Source: Octopus vulgaris | Lineage: Eukaryota | Assembly: GCA_951406725.2 (NCBI GenBank) | Contig: OX597821.1 | Location: 27,342,001-27,406,000 of the forward strand | Length of the DNA: 64,000 nucleotides | Direction of reading: 5' to 3' | Shown: piece after piece, positions 25,075-38,301 of the stretch | Layout: the number at the start of each line of letters is the position of its first letter | Position numbering within the stretch: position 1 is the first letter of the stretch | Made by a program: the position numbers and the translations under genes | Notes under the pieces: model-generated | What the model was told of the DNA's origin: nothing | Databases searched by the model: none | What the model saw: the letters and a program-made list of their open reading frames with translations, nothing else

Positions 25075-25880
25075 AAATGAATTCAATAAATACAAAACGT
25101 TCACATAGGACACACAAAGATGGACCCTAATTCTTCATCAGTTATCGACCAAAAATAGTGATACTCAGTTTCGTGTCTTTCACTCTAAGACTGAGAACTT
25201 CGTATATCGCCGGCACCCGCACAATTCATGGGGAGTAAGGGCTCGAGCAAACAAGACAATACAGAGTGGACGTACGAAAGTAAAGAAATGTAATTTGAAA
25301 TGATTGACGAAGACGGAATAAATACACTCTTTCGGCCAAACCCGAGAATCATGAGTTGCGCTTAGAAGAAATCCTCAATGGATATAAAAATAGAAATAGT
25401 GAGAGAGGAGAAAATGTTGACCGGTAGGCCAAGCGTCCGGTGGCGGAAAGGCAGAGATGAGCAAACTAGTCACGAGTCACGTGTAAGCAGCAGATAGAAG
25501 ACAAGGAGAGAGATGGAGAGAGAGAGAGGCAAAGAGAACAGGGAAGGAAAGAAGAAAAGAAGAAAGTCTAGAATGAAGAGTGAGAAGACAAGGTAGAGGG
25601 AGAGAGGAAGTAGGGATGCTAGAAAATGAATATGAGGACGAGAGAGAGAGAAAGAAGATAGAGTTTCAAAAAATTTATTAAAGCATATTGTTAACAAAAC
25701 TAGGGATCCATGGTGTTCAGTTACTCAATAAATGGGAAATGCATTAAATACTAGAAAACGTAGGCGTAGAACAGACAGAGATGGACCCTAATTTTTTTAT
25801 CAGTTATCGACCAAAAATTCTGATTCTCAATTCCGTGCCTTTAACGATAAGACCGATAACTTTTGCTGCAGCCGCAAAAT
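25075..25880. repeat. Direct ~140-bp repeats ~660 bp apart enclosing a purine-rich tract
   Basis: gatggaccctaatt...tcagttatcgaccaaaaat at ~25119 and ~25780. Confidence 0.7.
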
Positions 25881-26184
25881 CTAACGACACCTACTGCTTT
25901 GCCAACTTTCATAATTTTATGCTTATGTAAATACATATGTACAATATTATATGTGTGTGTGTGTGTATGTGTGTGTGTGTATGTGTGTGTGTATGTGTGT
26001 GTGTATACGTGTGTGTGTGTGTGTGTGTGTCTGTGTGTGGTGTGTGTGTGTGCGTGAGTGTGTCCGTACTGAAAGCTGAACACCATGCAGACAGGATGCA
26101 CTGGCTCGGGAGAGATTGCAATCTCTGAGTCAAAATCAATGTTCGGCCTGGGCATTGACACGAACAATAATGAATTGATCCATT

Positions 26185-26885
26185 TGCATATTATCAAATT
26201 AATGATAAAATGCAGACGGCTAGTTGGTCGGCTCCTCCAAACTTTCGAAACGAGAAGAAAGGAAACAATGCTGGTTTTTTGGAGGGCATACATCCTCAGC
26301 CGCTTGGACTACTGCTCACAACTATAGTCAACACACGAAGCTGCACAAAGAAAATCGTCTCAATGCGACGTATCATCGACTGGGAAAGACTGAAAGATTT
26401 AAAACTCTTCTCTCTAGAACGAAGGCGGGAAAGATATGCAGTAATATTCATTTGGAAAATCCTTGACGCCCTCGTAACAAACTTTGGCATTAATAGTTAC
26501 ACAAACAGCAGAACGAGGCGCCACTGTACAGTGACTAGGATCCCAGCATCTCCATTAAAATACAGGACCAGATACTGCAGCAGCTTGGGTTTCAAGGGCC
26601 CGCAGCTCTTCAATATCATTCCAAAGCGCTTGACAGACATGCATAGTGTAGATGTAGGTGTCTTCAAACCAAAGAAAACTGAATTTCCTCCCGTCATCGG
26701 TTACAGATGAGCTTATCTCAAGGCAGAACACACAGATGAGGAGAGTGGCATCAAACTCCCTCATTTACCAAATGCTACATATCATGCGGTGTTTAAAATA
26801 ATGATGTAGCACAGTCAACAATATTGCCCCAGCATGACTGCAGCCTTGGAGCTGAAACAATTTAAAGATATTTAACGATATTTAA

Positions 26886-26890
<5 letters not shown>
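26185..26890 (+). mobile_element. CR1/L2-group LINE 3' fragment
   Basis: RAYILSRLDYCSQL, WERLKDLKLFSLERRRERYAVIFIWKIL, KGPQLFNIIPK; tail gccccagcatgactgcagcc...gctgaaac plus (tttaaagata) repeats. Confidence 0.85.
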
Positions 26891-26936
<46 letters not shown>

Positions 26937-28144
26937 GCTTTGAGAAGTGTGTCATGTTTTATCAGATTATGTCCGTATTTAAAGAGATCAAACACATTTA
27001 TTTTTTGCAAATAGAAGATCTAATGGTTATTATGGAAAGCCAACTTTTATAAGCTGTGCTGAGGTTGCAGTGAAATTACAGCGAATTTGGAATAACACAT
27101 TCTAAATCTCTCCTCGCACGTTGATTTCTCTTTGTTTGTGTGTCTGATCTACTTAGGTTGTGTGTGTCACACATTCATATTCGACATCCTATTGTATTTA
27201 ATCTGGCTTCGAGGATGCAACAGAAAATAGTGACATTCATTTTTCACTCGCTATAATCGAATGAGAAAAGGAAACTAACGCATGTTTTTCTAATTAGATT
27301 TTTCTTTGTCATTGTCCCTTTGCTCATTAATGGATGCATTAGGGAAAACATATACATTAGTATGTATGTACAATCCACATGCAGTAATTGATATCCTGTA
27401 TATGAACAATATAATACATACACACACACACACACACACACGGAGATATGATAATATATACGTGTATATATATTTTATGATACATTTCCAGATTACACAA
27501 CTACATCGAAAATCTCTATACGTGTGTTTGTGTGTGCATGAATGTGTGTGTGCGTGCGTGTGTGTGGGATGGGATGCTTGTGTATGGGTATGATTCTATG
27601 CATTTCTATGTCATGCAACTGAATCTATGAATTATTATCGGACTGTTTCTCTATTCCACTGATTCTATTATTATATCTATGTTTATAGTAAGCTCCTTCT
27701 TGTCTTCCCGTGTCTGCTGTCTATTTCTGTGAGAGCTAATCTGGTGTTTCTGAAGATACTTCTTGCAAAATCAATGAATATGTCGCGTCAAGATAGGTTT
27801 GTTGTAAAGAATACTGATAGGAACGAAAAGAAAAGAAGATATCGAAAACGCAGCTAAAATGATGCTATTAACTGTGTGGTATATGCATTGTGGCAATGTG
27901 TGTGTGTATGTGAGTGTGTAAAGGATTCATCACAAAAGAATTATCTTGCTTTTGTGTTGGTTCGATCAAGTTATGGGTTTCGTCGGAATTTCAGATTATA
28001 GACAGCCTTACACTTCAACGCCAGCTTTCACTGAGCGCTATCAGTAAACGTTTGAGAAAAGATCGAAAAGTAGACACGTTATAGAAAAGAAACAGCAAAA
28101 AAGAAAATGGAATGGGACAATGATTTATTCATCTCCATGTATAC

Positions 28145-28211
<67 letters not shown>

Positions 28212-28935
28212 TATATGAATATTTATAGGTATGCATAAGGAATGTTTTATGGGCATTCAGAAGAAAGGCAACATACACACGTATACACACGTACTCCCAA
28301 ACACACTCAGACATACACTGCAGCGCATTGCTATGCAATGTTGATTCTTCCTCAAAATCTGATAACAGATATTAAATGGGGAAAAAACTTAATACAGAGT
28401 TTAAAATTACGTATCAAAATATGTGAAATAATACGAGTCAGATGTTGCCGAAGAACGCCATATCACAGGCTACTGGAAATTGCTTTACTACTTCAGCATT
28501 CCAAATACTGAGGTGTTCAAAGTAGTGATGCACACGTACACACACACTCTCTCACACACATATATATACATACACAAACCCACACACACATGCGCGCCAA
28601 CACGCTCCCTCATACACATATACGCTTGCATGTAAGTATATGCATAAATATATACATACACTCTCATGCATACACTCTCATGCGTCAGTGTCTATTTAAA
28701 CACACAACTTGTTAGTATGGTCATATGGTGTTGTAGAGATTGCTTCCAACTATAAAGCGATTGGTGTGACGGCTTCTGTTTATCTGATACATCATCTTTA
28801 GAGGAGGACTATGTGATCGTAGTGAAACTGTGCTTCGAAGAATGTATGTTTTGAATGGTGTTGTCGATGAGTGGATGTAGATATGTCATAGGGTCTACAA
28901 GGGAAGATTGTGCGTTCTTATTAAAGCTGCTGAAT

Positions 28936-29140
28936 AAGGCGAGGAGTCAGCAGAAATGTTAGCACACCGGGAAAAATCCTTAGCGGCATTTTGTCTGTCT
29001 TTATGTTCTGAGTTCATATTCCGCTGGGGTCGACGTTGCTCTTTATTCTTTCGAGGACCATAAAAGAAGTACCAGTCGTGTACTGGGTTTGATGTAATCA
29101 AGTTAGCACCTCCCCACTAATTGCTTGCCTTGTCCCATTA
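28936..29140 (+). mobile_element. Diverged SINE family A copy
   Basis: taaggcgaggagtcagcagaa...gttctgagttcatattccgctggggtcgac similar to 3065-3300. Confidence 0.7.
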
Positions 29141-29384
29141 CTTGAAACCATTATTAGAACCGTTGTTGTTGTAGACGTGTGTAGTTGATAACATTTAACA
29201 AACAGAGACTGTTAGTCGCAAGATTGGTTTCTGAAGCCGGTTAATGTTGTTAATCGCAATGCAGTTAAGTTAGTTCAATACTGATCAAGATTTCAAGCTG
29301 GAATATTATTAGGAACATGATAGGATGGTGATTTTTCTCTCTTTCATTTAGGATGTTTGTCAACAATTTGTTTGGTGAGGGTGC

Positions 29385-29815
29385 CGAGTTAGGTGGTATG
29401 CAGGTATATAGGTGGAATAGGGCAGTGGGATGTGGGAGGTCTGCGTGAATCCGTTTGGGGTTGGTGTAAGATGAAGAGAGGTAGTGCGTTGAGCCTATAT
29501 GGCGCAAAGGAACGAAGACAGAAGATTATTACCTGTTCACGGCAAAGGCGGGAGTCCCGGTGGCTCATGTGAAGAGACAATCCGAACAGAGACAGATGAC
29601 GTAGTGAATGACCGGTAGAGCAGAAGTGGGTCGAGACCAGGGCATCATTGTCGAGCCTGATGCCTTGGAGCTGCTCTCCGAACCGGTCAGCCAAGCGACG
29701 CCCCATTTGTATAATGTACAGGGAAAGAGAGAGAAAGCAGGAGGTGCAGTAAATAACATTACTAGAGGTGCAGGAAAAGGAGTCGGTTACGTGACAGGGA
29801 CGGTGATGCATGTCA
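29385..29815 (-). mobile_element. Penelope-like element fragment (GIY-YIG region)
   Basis: ORF 29389-29811 DSFSCTSSNVIYCTSC...GRRLADRFGEQL...HF...GHS...REQVIIFCLRSFAPYRLN; same family as 52215-52480. Confidence 0.85.
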
Positions 29816-30195
29816 GAGAGTTTGGTAGTGCTAGGGAGGCTCGACAGCTATCAAAATATATATGTGTTACTTATATTTTATGTGCGTGTATATATATATA
29901 TATGCATGTATACACTGTATCTGTCTTTTACTATTCCACTAATGTGTGGTACACATATACTAGAAAGAATGTATATATATTATGACTAATTCTGGCAGCG
30001 TTCCATTTGAGTAATGTACAGGGAAGGACAGAGAGAGCAGGCGATGCAGAAAATAACATTACTAGAGGTGCAGGTAAAGGAGTCGGTTACGTGATAGGGA
30101 CAGTGATAGATGCCAGTGAGAATGGTCACGTTGGAAAGGGTAGGTGGGCAGGTGCGACAGCGTGGGCGGGGCTATCAAAATATATATATATTTAC

Positions 30196-30228
<33 letters not shown>

Positions 30229-30235
30229 TATACAT

Positions 30236-30322
<87 letters not shown>

Positions 30323-30472
30323 TATATACATACATACATACATACATATGTATATATATGTGTGTGTGTGTATATATGCATTCATACATTGTATCTGTCT
30401 TTTATTATTTCACTAATAAGTGATACACATATATTACAGAGTATGTATATATTATGACTGATTCTGACAGCA
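29703..30472. repeat. Local tandem duplication of PLE piece plus flank
   Basis: 29703-30000 is repeated at 30003-30472 with an expanded microsatellite in the second copy. Confidence 0.8.
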
Positions 30473-30674
30473 GTAGAGTCTTGTCATAAACGGTAATTAC
30501 TGAATAATTTTCTGATCAGACGAATTATCTGTACCCTAAATCCTAAAATTCAAAGATACTTCAGAAACCAGCCAACATTTGTCAAAAGCCTATCTGCTCT
30601 TCTTATTATCTCTGAATAATCAAATTGCTTCAATATGTAAACATATACATACATACATACATATATATATATAC

Positions 30675-30742
<68 letters not shown>

Positions 30743-30743
30743 T

Positions 30744-31625
30744 ATATTGAGGGTACTACTATTCGTAGATACATAAGAGGGACCAATGCGGTCAAAACTA
30801 CTAAAAATAAACAAAATTTTACCGAATGCAAAACTTCAAAACACATCATTTTAAAAAAGAATTCAGTTACATATCACATGTGATTTCGCATATATATATA
30901 TGTTCGTATGCAACAAACTCAAGAAATATAAGAAAAAACATAACATTACAAACTCGATAGCCAACCGTAGAATTCGTGTGGTATCTACGAATAGTAGTAC
31001 CCTCAATATAATATAAATGAATATTTTTCAAAGAGGAAGAATTTACGGATTTTTTCTCTTACGAGGTTTTTCACGCTGACTACTGATAATTTATCCTCAA
31101 TTGTTTTAAAAGATTTTATCCTCAATTGTTAATTTATATTTTTCACCGGAATAGTTCAATACTGAATTTTTATTCCGACTGAGCAATTTGTTACCGAAAT
31201 GCATTGCGAAAAAGCCCGCCATTTTCATAGATATGTAAGGATAAACATTCGTACATGCTACGACGAATTCTACGGTTGGCTATCGAGTTTGTAATGTTAT
31301 GTTTTTTCTTATATTTCTTGAGTTTGTTGCACTGACGAACATGAAATGCATATTCTGCATTAAATGCGAAATCACATGTGATATGTAACTGAATTCTTTT
31401 TTAAAATCATGTGTTTTGAAGTTTTGCATTCGGTAAAACTTTGTATATTTTTAGTAGGTTTGACCGCATTGGTCCATCTTAGCGTGTGGTATCTACGAAT
31501 AGTAGTACCCTCAATATAATATAAATGAATATTTTCAAAGAGGAAGAATTTACTGATTTTTTCTCTTACGAGGTTTTTCACGCTGACTACTGATAATTTC
31601 TTTTAAAGATTTTATCCTCAATTGT
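30744..31625 (+). mobile_element. HHR-bearing unit: inverted copy followed by partial tandem (PLE pseudo-LTR-like architecture)
   Basis: 30744-30975 is the reverse complement of ~31266-31520; 30977-31130 repeats at 31484-31625 (period ~507 bp). Confidence 0.75.
31326..31389 (+). ncRNA. Type I hammerhead ribozyme motif
   Basis: gttgca CTGACGA acatgaaatgca-tattc-tgcattaaatgc GAAA tcacatgtg ATA tgtaac; 6-bp stem I; perfect 12-nt palindromic helix III ATCACATGTGAT. Confidence 0.85.
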
Positions 31626-31716
31626 TAATATATATATATATATATTTGTATATACATATATATATAGAGAGACAGAGATATAGATATATGTTTATATATT
31701 TATACATTTATATATT

Positions 31717-31794
<78 letters not shown>

Positions 31795-31814
31795 CATATA
31801 TAAATATATATATT

Positions 31815-31889
<75 letters not shown>

Positions 31890-32549
31890 ATATGTGAAAT
31901 ACGTAATATAATTACCAAACTCATTATTACTATTTGATGTCATGTCTGTAATATACCGGCAATACTTTATTTCTTGTATGGAATAAGTCAGATCAGCTGC
32001 TCCACTCAAGAGCATTTCTTCAGGCAGTTTTATCTAAGCAGTTATTTAGATTTCAGTTTTGATACAATATAAATGGCATAAAACTAAAAGGCGAAATTCA
32101 AATTTGTTTTGTTAATATACATATATTATTCTAGTAAGATAGTGAAATTGTTATATTCTAAACTGTCAAACAATGATTAACCAGGTTTATTTAATAAAAT
32201 ATCTATTGAAGTTTGCCTGTGGTAAATCTTATCTATTCAACTACTATCTTTAAATATTGGTGTAGAGCGTTTTCGAAGAAAACATATTTTAGAATTTCAA
32301 AGACGTCCTTGCATTAAGATTCTGTGTGGAACAGAAATTATTAAATCCTCTCACCTGAAACTGTGAGACGATTTTAAGTCTCCATTGTTGTATTTTGAAT
32401 TTAATTAATTTCAACTTTTAGTTGATATATTGCCACGGACGCTTTTACGAGGATTCGAACGTTGAAAAAAAAATGTTTATTATATACGTTTTGTTTGTCG
32501 AACATTTACGCGCCCGGTCTGGCAAGCCTAAACGTTTCTTTTATCTATA

Positions 32550-33062
32550 TCTATATATATAAAACTGTAGTTGTGTGAGTGTCTGTACCCTTCGATTTAG
32601 ATTCCTAACTACTCCCACATTTTGCGGTGCAGTTTAACCAAATTCGGGTATCTTATAGTCGTGATTCATATCGAGCCCGTCTGAGTATTAGCGCGCGTCT
32701 ACGATGAGTCTACGATTTTAAAAATAATTTAACATCATTTTTTATTCCATTTTAATGCATAATTTTTCGTGTGTCGATGGCGGCGGAGTTGGCGTCCACG
32801 CTCACAGCTGCACCTGTTTGCTTCTCCCCCTTCTTCCTTCCCTCGTGAATCTGTGGGGAAGGGAGTGTAAGGATATCAACGTCGTAAAGCGTTGTCAAGG
32901 AGACCAGCGTTCTTTTAGAACAACGACTTCATGGCTTGAAGACACCAAAACAGAAATGGCTAAGAAAGCCCAAATTGGCATCTATAAGGGAAGTAACTCT
33001 CTAAAAATGCCTATATAGTTATTTCCCTTACAAACCCGAGCAACGCCGGGCGACGCTGGTAG
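32550..33062 (+). mobile_element. Non-autonomous Helitron-like element
   Basis: Starts TC(tatatatataaaa), ends cccgagcaacgccggg...gtag; ends homologous to 7712-8105 with a different interior. Confidence 0.75.
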
Positions 33063-33222
33063 TTATTAATATTTTCCCTTCTCAAGCCTGACACCGATTA
33101 TGCTAAAGAGTATATTATTTAGATACTCCTTTCAGTCGTCATATCGTGTCATAGTCAATGGATAGTGAAAAACCGAGAGAGAGAGTGCAGCTGTAATGAC
33201 AACCTTGCAATGGATTCTACTA

Positions 33223-33644
33223 GGATCTTTTCGGTTGGAACGGCAGCTTTTAACGTAATTTCTGGGTAACTAAAAAATTTGAAACTTCGTATATTGGTAG
33301 AATGTGTTTATAAAACATCTTTTTCTCTTGGCTTTATTGAGAAAATTCTATAGTTTGTAAGATATTTGTTGTTTTTTTTCTGCAATTTCTGCAATTTCAA
33401 CCAATCACCGATGTCTATTGAGGTAAAAGACATTCTGTGCCGTATGAATATGTCCCTCGTTTAAGAAACAGATAGGGTTTATTTACATTTGTGAAGAAAA
33501 AAGATACCCTTTCTCCCACCCCTAACACCAACCCTAACACTAAAACACATCGAAATGCAATAGATCGATACTAGGGTCATAATTATGGGTGACAATTTCA
33601 TATGACACCGCTAGAAAAAACTGCCGTTCAAACCGAAAAGTTCC
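33223..33644. mobile_element. MITE with ~28-bp TIRs and 8-bp TSD (Merlin- or hAT-like)
   Basis: ggatcttttcggttggaacggcag / ctgccgttcaaaccgaaaagttcc; TSD ttctacta (33215-33222) and ttctactg (33645-33652). Confidence 0.85.
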
Positions 33645-35185
33645 TTCTACTGATATACTTCACGTATATATACGCAGTCTATTTTGCGGAATGTTTTGCA
33701 ATCCTCTTTATCTAGTGTATTTTTACCGCTGGTTCAGCTAGACTCAAAGTTACTATAACGCTAAGTACTGTTGATGTTCTTGTTTATTTTCTGGTTGCAT
33801 TACGTGAATTAAAAATATGATTAAAGGCTTTCTAGTGATGCGTACGCCGTGTCTCCAAGGAGACACAGTGTGGTCATCATTGGATATTTTGTGATCTGAA
33901 ACCACTCTATCCATTGTGTGAAAATGAACTATCTAAAATGTGCGGTGTGTATTTTAGGGACATTTTCATGCTACTATTCGCCGATAGATAGACGAAAACA
34001 GAAATTTTCTTTAGTGTTTTGTCACTGTAATTATAATAGCCCATGAAATATTTTTGATTTTATTTTTACTATCATTCCTTCCATTAATCTCATACACAAT
34101 GTATTCCTACTTATTATGCAGTAATTGCAATATATAAAATTTTGGTGCAGATGCTTCAATAGGAAAGAGAGTATAGTAGACTGTATTAATCGTAATAGCA
34201 CTGCGTCCATTTTTGTCGACACGGGAATTTTTTTTTTTACTTCCCCGTACGCAGATGAACGACATATGCATTTTCCACCAATCAGCCCCGCAAATATGTT
34301 GTGAACATTCACAATGATTTCTGAAGAGCTGATAATGTTTTGTTCCCGATCAACCGTGATAGATCGGAGTATAGCATAACAATTAATATCAAATTTTCAT
34401 GGTGATAATCTGCGATTCAAATGTGCATTGTCTGCTTTTTCCAGTAATTAAACGATCGCATGTAAATTCGCTTACTAGCTCAATTCCATTTTGCTTTTGC
34501 TGTGCACGAATTATTTATTCATGATGCAGACGTTTATAAATGAAAAAAGCACTTGAACAACTACAGCATTACAATGATATGACATGAATAGGTAGATTAA
34601 AAACATACTGAGATGACTTAGATTAAAAGTTGAATCTGTAATTGTATAGCATGAGTCTGAGATAGCAATGCAGTTGTACAGCTGAGGTAATTCGACGGAT
34701 ACATATGTCACTCAGAAGTATAGTTTACAATGTTTGAAATATATAAGAAGTAGCAACAATATCTCAAGAGCTACAATACCAGATATTTGGTCAGACACAT
34801 CAAAGAGTATGTTTCTTGAACGGGTGTAGTCAATATCATCCTGTTGAAGATACTTTATAATCATACTTTAATCAACCCACGAAGAATGAAAGGCGCGTTT
34901 AAATTTGTTTGGTTTAAACTAGGAATTTAAGGATTCAGAAGAAATTCCGCAGACATTTCGCCGCACGTCCAAACCTTTCCCCCCTAATCTATGGTATTTA
35001 CAATTTTGTACAATGTTAGACATAAATTAGAGAGCGAGTTGTACGACTGTTCCAAATTCACTGGTGTTTCATTTTATTGATAATATAAGGGGCGATTAAA
35101 TGTAAGCTTAACTGTGTTCAGGTTTGAACTGAGAACATAAACTGTTAGAAAAAAATGATACCGTGCCACATTACGTACAACTCTA

Positions 35186-35571
35186 GAGGAGGCGCAATGG
35201 CCCAGTGGTTAGGGCAGCGGACTCGCGGTCATAGGATCACGGTTTCGATTCCCAGACCGGGCGTTGTGAGTGTTTATTGAGCGAAAACACCTAAAGCTCC
35301 ACGAGGCTCCGGCAGGGGATGGTGGTGATCCCTGCTGTACTCTTTCACCACACCTTTCTCTCACTCTTACTTCCTGTTTCTGTTGTACCTGTATTTCAAA
35401 GGGCCGGCCTTGTCACTCTCTGTGTCACGCTGAATATCTCCGAGAACTACGTTAAGGGTATACGTGTCTGTGGAGTGCTCAGCCACTTACAGGTTAATTT
35501 CATGAGCAGGCTGTTCCGTTGATTCGGATCAACCGGAACCCTCATCGTCGTAACCGACGGAGTGCTTCCAC
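35186..35571 (+). mobile_element. Full-length tRNA(Arg-like)-derived SINE family B
   Basis: ggaggcgcaatggcccagtggttagggcagcggactcgcgg...ggtttcgattccc head; TSD acaactcta at 35177-35185 and 35572-35580. Confidence 0.9.
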
Positions 35572-37284
35572 ACAACTCTACAGAGAAAATTTAAATTTAA
35601 GTTGATATAAGGGTTGATAACACTGTAACACTATTTTAAATGCTTGTCTTTGGTCAGTAAGTGTTTTATTTTCTTATTTGCATTTGACATCAAAGTAAAA
35701 TATTATTCCCTTCAAACATTTCTGTTGTGATCTGAAATTCAATGTTTTGAAACTGATCTATTTTTCATTACATTTCAGATAAATTCAGCGCTGAGTTGCT
35801 GAATCATAAATATCGTTGTAGCAAATATTCTGCTCAATATTACAGACCTGCTAGTCCTTAACCACTTGAGCATGTCCATTAGTGTATGTACCTCTCTGAT
35901 CCGGAACAAGAGTAGTGGGGAAGCATCGTAGCATCATGTGTTAAGAGGGATTCTTGAGGATTTGAATAAATATAACAAAAGCATACTTTCTATATGTAAG
36001 CAAATAGGAAATAAAAGTTGCTACCCAAGGACAAGAATCCTGAAGGAGGTTATTCAATAACCATATAAAAATTTGCTTTAAATTATGCAAATAACAATAC
36101 ATACATTCATGATAATATAACAAAGGGTACAATAATTTAATACAATTTAGCTAAACTCCCCACACCCAGGCATTGTCTGCCAGCTTCACTTCAAGAGTAT
36201 AAACGAAGAGGAAAGTTGAATTTAATTTGCGCCGGGCTGGGCAAGAAATCTTCCACGTGCTCCATGTGGTTACTAGTAATCTTATCAACGACAAAGATTG
36301 TCCTTTCCAGAACCCTCCCCTCCATTGGAATGTTTACCAAAAATCACTTGCCATATCTTCCTCATAATATCTGAGTTACTTCACTATCTTTTTGGCAATA
36401 ACACAGTTGTTTCAGGTTTTGGTTTATTTTGTGTTTGTGTGAGAAATGATTGGTTGCTTTCATACAATCCTGGATGTAGAGGACTTCCTTCTCATACTTC
36501 TTATTCGTTTTCCTTTTAGTTTAATTCTCCGTTTAAAAAAAAAAAAAATTCCCCTTCCTTCTCTCTCCAGATCTCTGCTATCAACGTACCAGTTTCAGCG
36601 CTTCACAATATTATCGCGTGGAGGACATAAGAAGTCATTGAGTTACATGATCCCTTCTCGGAAGAGAGAATATGGTGATATCATTCGGAAACATCAGAGA
36701 ATAATTGGACAGCATGAAGCGCAGCATTCAAAATTTTTTTTTTTTCGTTTTAGTAATTCTGGTTCTTATGTAAAGAAAGCTCTGTAATGCTTGTCTAGCA
36801 GCTGGCCCTTTTGAATATAAAAATAAATATAAAGTTATTTCCTAAACACAGACTACAGTATAAATTTGTGGTATCGACTTTTGTTTAGTTTGGGGGAACT
36901 CTATGTCTGTAGAGAATCCACCTAAATATATGTCATTCAATGACAAATCAGAAATTATCTCCTGCAAAGTCAAAGAAAATCCAACCAACGTCACCAGCGA
37001 TACCTTTTATAGTTATCTTTGTATTTCGTTTTCTTATTCAATCCTCGATCACATTCACCTTGCTTGGAGTTTTACAAACAACATCATACTCCTTCACCGA
37101 ATACCATCCCCAGCTTTTCATAATCACTTGCCTCCGCAACTTTTTGCCGAGAGCACAATTAAAAATTTAGCAGCTTTAATTTTGTACGGGAAGTTTGGCT
37201 TTGTAATATAGTGATGCGACCTGGTATTAACTTGCTAAATTTCCAATAACAACAAATTGTGAGTTGCATGTTATATATGTAATA

Positions 37285-37689
37285 CCGGTGAACTGGCAGA
37301 AACGTTAGCACGTCGGGCGAAATGCTTAGTGGTATTTCATCTGCCGTTACGTTCTGAGTTCATATTCCACCGAGGTCGACTTTGCCTTCCACCGTTTCGG
37401 GGTACATAAATTAAGTACCAGTTACGCACTGGGGTCTATATAATCGACTTAATCCCTTTGGCTCTCCTTGTTTGTCTGCTCTGTGTTTAGCCCCTTGTGG
37501 GTAGTAAAGAAATAGGTATTTCATCTGCCGTTACGTACTGAGTTCAAATTCCGCAGAGGTCGACTTTGCCTTCCACCTTTTCGGGGTCGATAAATTAAGT
37601 ACGCACTGGGGTCGATGTAATCGACTTAATCCCTTTGTCTGTCCTTGTTTGTCCCCTCTGTGCTTAGCCGCTTGTGGGTAATAAAGAAA
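37285..37689 (+). mobile_element. SINE family A with internal tandem duplication of its 3' three-quarters
   Basis: 37331-37514 is repeated at 37515-37689; flanking direct repeat tatatatgtaa (37272-37282, 37690-37700). Confidence 0.85.
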
Positions 37690-38225
37690 TATATATGTAA
37701 ACTCGGTGGTTTATTTTCAATCATTGAGAAGTATATTAACGGTGGCTTGGCAGAATGTGTGTATGTTTGTCCGTCAACATGTATCTAGTGTGTGAATCTC
37801 TGTGGGTGTGTGTGTATGTGCGTGTGTGTATGTGTGTGTGTGTGTGCGTGCGTAAATACTTATATCTATGTATTCGTAAATGGGTGTATTCGGTAATATA
37901 CTGAGATTATAATAAGCAGTAAGCGATGATTTATGAGTATGAATTTCAATAAGAAACTGACATCGAAAGGAAAAATTAATGTCAGAGCTGCATGAAAATA
38001 ATATTTGTCAAAGGATTTACGTATCCTAGCTTCTTACGAGAGAGCAATATGAGGAGATGCGGGGGAACACTATTGGCGTAATCTTGGTACTATATACTTA
38101 CACTGATCCATAGCTGATTAAACTCTCTCAAAATGTATTTTGTATTATAATACTGCATCTAGAAAAAGGTTTACACATATCGTTCAATGGCCCCGCAGTT
38201 TATGTAGATACATACATATATAGAT

Positions 38226-38263
<38 letters not shown>

Positions 38264-38266
38264 ACT

Positions 38267-38301
<35 letters not shown>

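Noticed and set aside
35186-35262. tRNA gene candidate
   Set aside because: It is the head of a TSD-flanked SINE with several copies, not a standalone tRNA.
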